Part shown: one piece after another, positions 1 to 64,000 of the stretch
Layout: each line of letters opens with the position of its first letter
Numbering within the stretch: the stretch's first letter is position 1
Assembly: GCA_002269645.1 (NCBI GenBank)
Contig: NIVC01001225.1
Span: 36,943 to 100,942 of the forward strand
Length of the DNA stretch: 64,000 bases
Direction of reading: 5' to 3'
From: Macrostomum lignano
Lineage: Eukaryota
The notes under the pieces: model-generated
Databases searched by the model: none
What the model was told of the DNA's origin: nothing
What the model saw: the letters and a program-made list of their open reading frames with translations, nothing else
Made by a program: the position numbers and the translations under genes

Positions 1-58477
<58,477 letters not shown>

Positions 58478-58774
58478 GCTGGGATCATTAATAACACACT
58501 AATCTGGCATTTTCTTATATCATGCGATTTTGCTTATAGACAGCTTGAAACCGGAGGCTGATGTGCATAGTCAAGGTCTTAATAATGAACACTATGATTC
58601 CCCCCATCCAAACCAGCAATAGTCTGATCCTGTTAAATATCGATATATGATGATCACTCAACACGTCTTTGTCAAGCAATGCGTTCCTCCGATTCGCAAC
58701 ACCGCGTGTTTTTTTTTATAAAAATACTTCTCATGATTAACATATTTTTGCTATTACTAATATTTTATATGCTG

Positions 58775-58780
58775 AATAAA
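58775..58780 (+). promoter_or_regulatory. Candidate polyadenylation signal of Fat
   Basis: AATAAA ~300 nt after the stop, followed by T-rich sequence; not confirmed. Confidence 0.35.
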
Positions 58781-59552
58781 ATCTGCGCAGTCACAAAACT
58801 TCGCTTTTTACGTAAGTATCAATTTTTAGCACATTTTCTATCAAATTCGCTGTATACGCTACTCAGAGCAGCAGTGTGCGTATTTGACTGTCAGTTTTTA
58901 ATGCAATTGCCGTTCTTCTAAGTGTTGTTCAACCCGCTTTGCTGTTTTTGTCTTTCGGATGCGATATACAATGGAATATGAAAACTTAAATGAGCAGAAT
59001 CAGGATTCCATACAATAATTACGTGTATAAAGTCGCTTGGCAACTTTAACTAGTCTAACGGTGACAACTGTGCATGCGGCTGGCCCTAACATCAATAATA
59101 AGTATTGCTTCAGCACAGCCATATGGAATAATTGTACATACCTGTCCGTGTCTTAGCGCACTGATTCTTTTACTGAAGGATAGTTCCATGTTTTTTAAAC
59201 TGATTAGTACTATATGTAGCGCATCCACAGCAGTTCATTGTGTTACAAACAACTACAAATATTTGACCACCTCATTTTTGCTAAATTTGAGTTGCTTTGC
59301 TTTTTCTGTGCTTGCGTTTTGTTGTGCGATTTTTTTGCTTGTTTTGAAAGCGCAGCTCTTTATGACGATTGCTTTCGCTTGCTAAAAGTGAGTCAGATGA
59401 AGCTTCAACTACAATGTCGGCCGCAGTTACCTCAACCTTTGATTGGAATGTAAAGCTATAATATACATTAATAATTGACCTGTTGCAATCAGGGCCTCAC
59501 AACAGGAATCAATTCTCGTGTCTGCTAGAAGACAGACAGGCTTTGCCAGTTT

Positions 59553-59558
59553 TTTATT
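59553..59558 (-). promoter_or_regulatory. Candidate polyadenylation signal of PPP1R2
   Basis: TTTATT on + (AATAAA on -) ~830 nt past the PPP1R2 stop; not confirmed. Confidence 0.25.
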
Positions 59559-60159
59559 ATATACTACTCCAAGTAGTATCATTTTGGGTGCATAAGAATT
59601 AGGATACATCACAACACATAAACAGTGTGTTGGCAGCGCGGAGATCTTGACAATTATAATTATTTTTACTGATAAAATATTGTTCTAAACAATTGATTGC
59701 ATGCGCCAAACTGCCTACTTATATTAGTAGTCCTAAGAAAATAATCTGATACAACGATGCTCTCTCTCTGCAGATGACAAAATGTAGCAATAAAAATAGT
59801 TAAAAGAAACAACCTCGCAAACTATTGAAATGAGGAAATTAATTTTTCTTAGAAATTCGGCTAATGCGATAAACAAAAGGTTAAGCAAAGCTAGCCAATT
59901 ATTTGCCAATTCCAAGTAGTAAACGTACAAGTGTGAGATATGTAAAAATGGTGCCAAAGCTTAACAAAAATACATTCACAGCTATGATTAACTTTTCGAT
60001 CAGAGATAAGTGAAGAAGATAGCTAGGAGATATAGCAGAATGAAGATTGCTAACACTACAATAACCTATGCTAGTATTGCAGAAAGTGCATTCGAACTGC
60101 TTTTTTCGACTCGTGATCTCTGAATAGGACTCTCAAAGAAAGTGTCCACGTCCCGACTT

Positions 60160-60370
60160 CAGAGTAAAAATCCCAATCTTTAACTCCCTAGTCCGAAAAT
60201 CCCAATCTTCAACTCCCAAGTCCAAAAATCCCAATCTTCAACTCCTGATCCCAAAAATCCCAATCTTCAACTCCTGATCCCAAAAATCCCAATCTTCAAC
60301 TCCTGATCCCAAAAATCCCAATCTTCAACTTCTGATCCCAAAAATCCCAATCCCAATCTTAAAATCCGCG
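60160..60370. repeat. 29-bp minisatellite AAAAATCCCAATCTTCAACTCCTGATCCC just past the PPP1R2 stop
   Basis: Period 29 at 60253/60282. Confidence 0.92.
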
Positions 60371-60386
60371 TACCCCGACTCCCCGA

Positions 60387-60798
60387 TCACCCGGATTCCA
60401 TGCCAACCGCTTCGTCGCATTTCTCCTCGTCATCTTCGTCCTCCTGACTCTGTTGCCTAGCAACAAGCGCCGCCTGGAACTCATTGTAGTGCTGCTTCCG
60501 TTTTAACCGAAATTGGCGCCTTCTCTCCCGCTCCTCGGCGCTCAGCTCGCTCTCGTCGGCGTCCAAATCGTGCACCGGCGACAATGGCGCGTTGGCGCCG
60601 GCGCACCAGAATCGGCGGCCTCGGCGCGCAGCCGGGAGGCCAGCAACTCGGCCGGCACTGCGTCACCAAAGCTGGCGCGGCGGGTCCGGGGCTGCCCGCC
60701 GCCACCACTGTCCTGGTCCTCATCTTCCTCGGTGACCGGCTGGGCCGCCTCGTAAGGCGTCGGCGCTTCGTCCACCTTCATGTGGCCGTAGTCCTTGC
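60387..60798 (-). CDS. PPP1R2: PPP1R2 exon 2 (frameshift near 60625-60575)
   Basis: Acceptor CCCCAACCAG|GC; KDYGHMKVDEAPTPY in one frame, RKQHYNEF in the -1 frame; TGA at 60389-60387. Confidence 0.85.
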
Positions 60799-63004
60799 CT
60801 GGTTGGGGTGCGGTAGGTTCCAAACGGGGAGCACTGAGTCACTGAATCAGCGAAAGGGGGATCTGGGATCACTGAGTCACCCTGAGGGACTGGGAGGATC
60901 TGGGATCACTGAGTCACCCTGAGGGACTGGGAGGATCTGGGATCACTGAGTCACCCTGAGGGACTGGGACGACCTGGGATCACTGAGTCACCTTGAGGGA
61001 CTGGGAGGATCTGGGATCACTGAGTCACCCTGAGGGACTGAGAGGATCTGGGATCACTGAGTCACCCTGAGGGACTGGGAGGATCTGGGATCACTGAGTC
61101 ACCCTGAGGGACTGAGAGGATCTGGGATCACTGAGTCACTCTGAGGGACTGAGAGGATCTGAGATTACTGAGTCACCCTGAGGGACTGAGAGGATCTGGG
61201 ATCACTGAGTCACCCTGAGGGACTGAGAGGATCTGGGATCACTGAGTCACCCTGAGGGACTGAGAGGATCTGGGATCACTGAGTCACCCTGAGGACTGGG
61301 AGGATCTGGGATCACTGAGTCACCCTGAGGGACTGGGAGGATCTGGGATCACTGAGTCACCCTGAGGGACTGGGACGACCTGGGATCACTGAGTCACCTT
61401 GAGGGACTGGGAGGATCTGGGATCACTGCGTCACTCTGAGGGACTGGGAGGATCTGGGATCACTGAGTCACTCTGAGGGACTGAGAGGATCTGAGATTAC
61501 TGAGTCACCCTGAGGGACTGGGAGGATCTGGGATCACTGAGTCACCCTGAGGGACTGAGAGGATCTGGGATCACTGAGTCACCCTGAGGGACTGGGAGGA
61601 TCTGGGATCACTGAGTCACCCTGAGGGACTGGGAGGATCTGGATCACTGAGTCACCCTGAGGGACTGGGAGGATCTGGGATCACTGAGTCACTCTGAGGG
61701 ACTGGGACGACCTGGGATCACTGAGTCACCTTGAGGGACTGGGAGGATCTGGGATCACTGCGTCACTCTGAGGGACTGGGAGGATCTGGGATCACTGAGT
61801 CACCCTGAGGGACTGGGAGGATCTGGGATCACTGCGTCACTCTGAGGGACTGGGAGGATCTGGGATCACTGAGTCACTCTGAGGGACTGAGAGGATCTGG
61901 GATTACTGAGTCACCCTGAGGGACTGGCAGGATCTGGGATCACTGAGTCACCCTGAGGGACTGGGAGGATCTGGGATCACTGAGTCACTCTGAGGGACTG
62001 AGAGGATCTGAGATTACTGAGTCACCCTGAGGGACTGGCAGGATCTGGGATCACTGAGTCACCCTGAGGGACTGGGAGGATCTGGGATCACTGAGTCACT
62101 CTGAGGGACTGAGAGGATCTGAGATTACTGAGTCACCCTGAGGGACTGGGAGGATCTGGGATCACTGAGTCACCCTGAGGGACTGGGAGGATCTGGGATC
62201 ACTGAGTCACCCTGAGGGACTGAGAGGATCTGGGATCACTGAGTCACCCTGAGGGACTGGGAGGATCTGGGATCACTGAGTCACCCTGAGGGACTGAGAG
62301 GATCTGGGATCACTGAGTCACTCTGAGGGACTGAGAGGATCTGAGATTACTGAGTCACCCTGAGGGACTGAGAGGATCTGGGATCACTGAGTCACCCTGA
62401 GGGACTGAGAGGATCTGGGATCACTGAGTCACCCTGAGGGACTGGGAGGATCTGGGATCACTGAGTCACCCTGAGGGACTGGGAGGATCTGGGATCACTG
62501 AGTCACTCTGAGGGACTGGGACGACCTGGGATCACTGAGTCACCTTGAGGGACTGGGAGGATCTGGGATCACTGAGTCACCCTGAGGGACTGAGAGGATC
62601 TGAGATTACTGAGTCACCCTGAGGGACTGAGAGGATCTGGGATCACTGAGTCACCCTGAGGGACTGAGAGGATCTGGATCACTGAGTCACCCTGAGGGAC
62701 TGGGAGGATCTGGGATCACTCACTCAACAGTCAGTTATTGTCAGTTAAGCTCAAAGTCTACCTGCAGGGTGGTAAGTGGCTAGAATATTCATCTCGTCCC
62801 ATTGGAACAGCTTGTGGGAGGCAGAGCCAGCTGTGCTCTCGTCTGGTGTCAGGCCATCCTGCTGTTGCTGCTGTTTCAACCGCATCTGCAGCTGCTGCTG
62901 ATGCTCTGGTCGCAGCTGTTGTGCGACAGACGATGATGGTGACTGCGAGACTTTAGAATGCCCTTTTGTGGTCGCAGGTTGAGTGGCGGGGGAATGTTGG
63001 ACAT
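60387..63004 (-). CDS. PPP1R2: Protein phosphatase 1 inhibitor-2, two coding exons, ~218 aa if two single-base deletions are corrected
   Basis: Motifs in order: RPQKGILK, QWDEMNILATYHPA|GKDYGHMKVDEAPTPY, ELLASRL, RRQFRLKRKQHYNEF. Intron 60799-62761 is GT-AG, phase 1. Confidence 0.92.
60830..62720. repeat. 37-bp minisatellite GGGATCACTGAGTCACCCTGAGGGACTGGGAGGATCT filling the PPP1R2 intron
   Basis: Direct, ~51 units. Confidence 0.98.
62762..63004 (-). CDS. PPP1R2: PPP1R2 exon 1 (frameshift between ~62950 and 62879)
   Basis: ATG at 63004 gives MSNIPPPLNLRPQKGILKSRS; WDEMNILATYHPA lies in the -1 frame; donor GCAG|GTAGAC. Confidence 0.85.
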
Positions 63005-64000
63005 TTGCTAGGCTTTGCTGGACCCGATTGGCCAATCTGTGGGAAATTTGCGAAGTCATTTTTATTAAAATATTCATGAAGTTCAAAATTTATCTATACA
63101 ATAATATTTTGCCTTTAATATATGTATAGCTAGTTTTGTATAATGATAATTATGATAAAAGCGGAATAAGAAGAAAAGAAGACCTAGTATATACACATTA
63201 TAAGCATTAAAATAGTTTAAATTATGCATGATGAATTATATACATATTTATTTATTCAATTTATTCCCAATCAAATAATTAAGAATAGCAAGGACTACTG
63301 AAATAACATATTTAAATTTTCTAAACAAAATTTTAAATTTCTTTCTAAACAAATGCAAAAACCATTAAAATTCAAACAAAGATAAAGTGCAAATGAATCA
63401 CATATTAAAATAATTCTGATCTATTTAAATTTTAAACAAAAGTTAAACCAAATCAAACAAAAATTATATTCCTAAAAAAGACATAAAATTTCAAAAAAAC
63501 TGATCAAGGTAATTATAATTATTTTTTGACAAAATACTTGTTTTTGTGATTGTTATTGTTATTGTTTTAACAAGTTTTCTAGAATTCATTATAATATTCT
63601 TTTTTGTATACTGTAAAATATATTACATTGACTTTGTTTTATTTAAGAACTAATAGGTAAAAAAGAAAATTTTGAAGAAATAGGGCAACAAACAATGTAA
63701 AAGCACAATAAAACATATGTTTAAATAGCTCATAGCTGCATTGTTGCCCAGGTAATTTCTAATTTTATTTATTGATATGGTGTAAGACTAAATTATTATA
63801 GACTAGCATTCGCATGCATAATTTAGCATGCTATAGCCTGGAATAGTACTGTAGTATAGAGCCATCAAATAACAGCAATTGAAAGGAACAAACGAAATTG
63901 AATCAATAGCCAAATCATATTAAACTTTTAACTCGCTTGCTCGCTAAGCTAGCTAGCAAAAAAACTTTTCACGCTGTAAATTAAAATCCCGCCAGTCATA

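Noticed and set aside
63005-63086. N-terminal extension MNFMNILIKMTSQ... of the listed PPP1R2 ORF
   Set aside because: The conserved KGILK-bearing start is in another frame at 63004; this stretch is UTR or outron.

Overview
Eukaryotic genomic DNA, not prokaryotic: no operons, CRISPR, rRNA or intact tRNA seen. Most of the window (<1-58477, + strand) is the 3' part of one giant Fat-family protocadherin of the FAT1/2/3-kugelei class. I resolved 19 exons with GT-AG junctions and matching phases, about 3,370 codons in the window. They encode ~21 cadherin repeats, EGF, one laminin-G, four more EGFs, a TM helix and a cytoplasmic tail with the GYHWDTSDW motif; the 5' end lies upstream of the window. 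A two-exon protein phosphatase 1 inhibitor-2 (PPP1R2) gene lies tail-to-tail on the - strand (60387-63004). Almost every intron carries its own minisatellite, and these arrays explain nearly all long ORFs in the supplied track. The style (CpG-rich exons with Ala/Gly/Gln runs, minisatellite-packed introns) suggests an invertebrate such as the flatworm Macrostomum; this is an impression only, not verified. Best leads: (i) AG|GT recursive-splice-like sites inside Fat introns; (ii) a phase-1 cassette microexon just before GYHWDTSDW, where vertebrate FAT1 has its alternative insert; (iii) three single-base deletions breaking otherwise intact genes within 9 kb (assembly error versus decaying copy); (iv) the one-minisatellite-per-intron architecture, including arrays of E-box, AP-1 and kB-like motifs.
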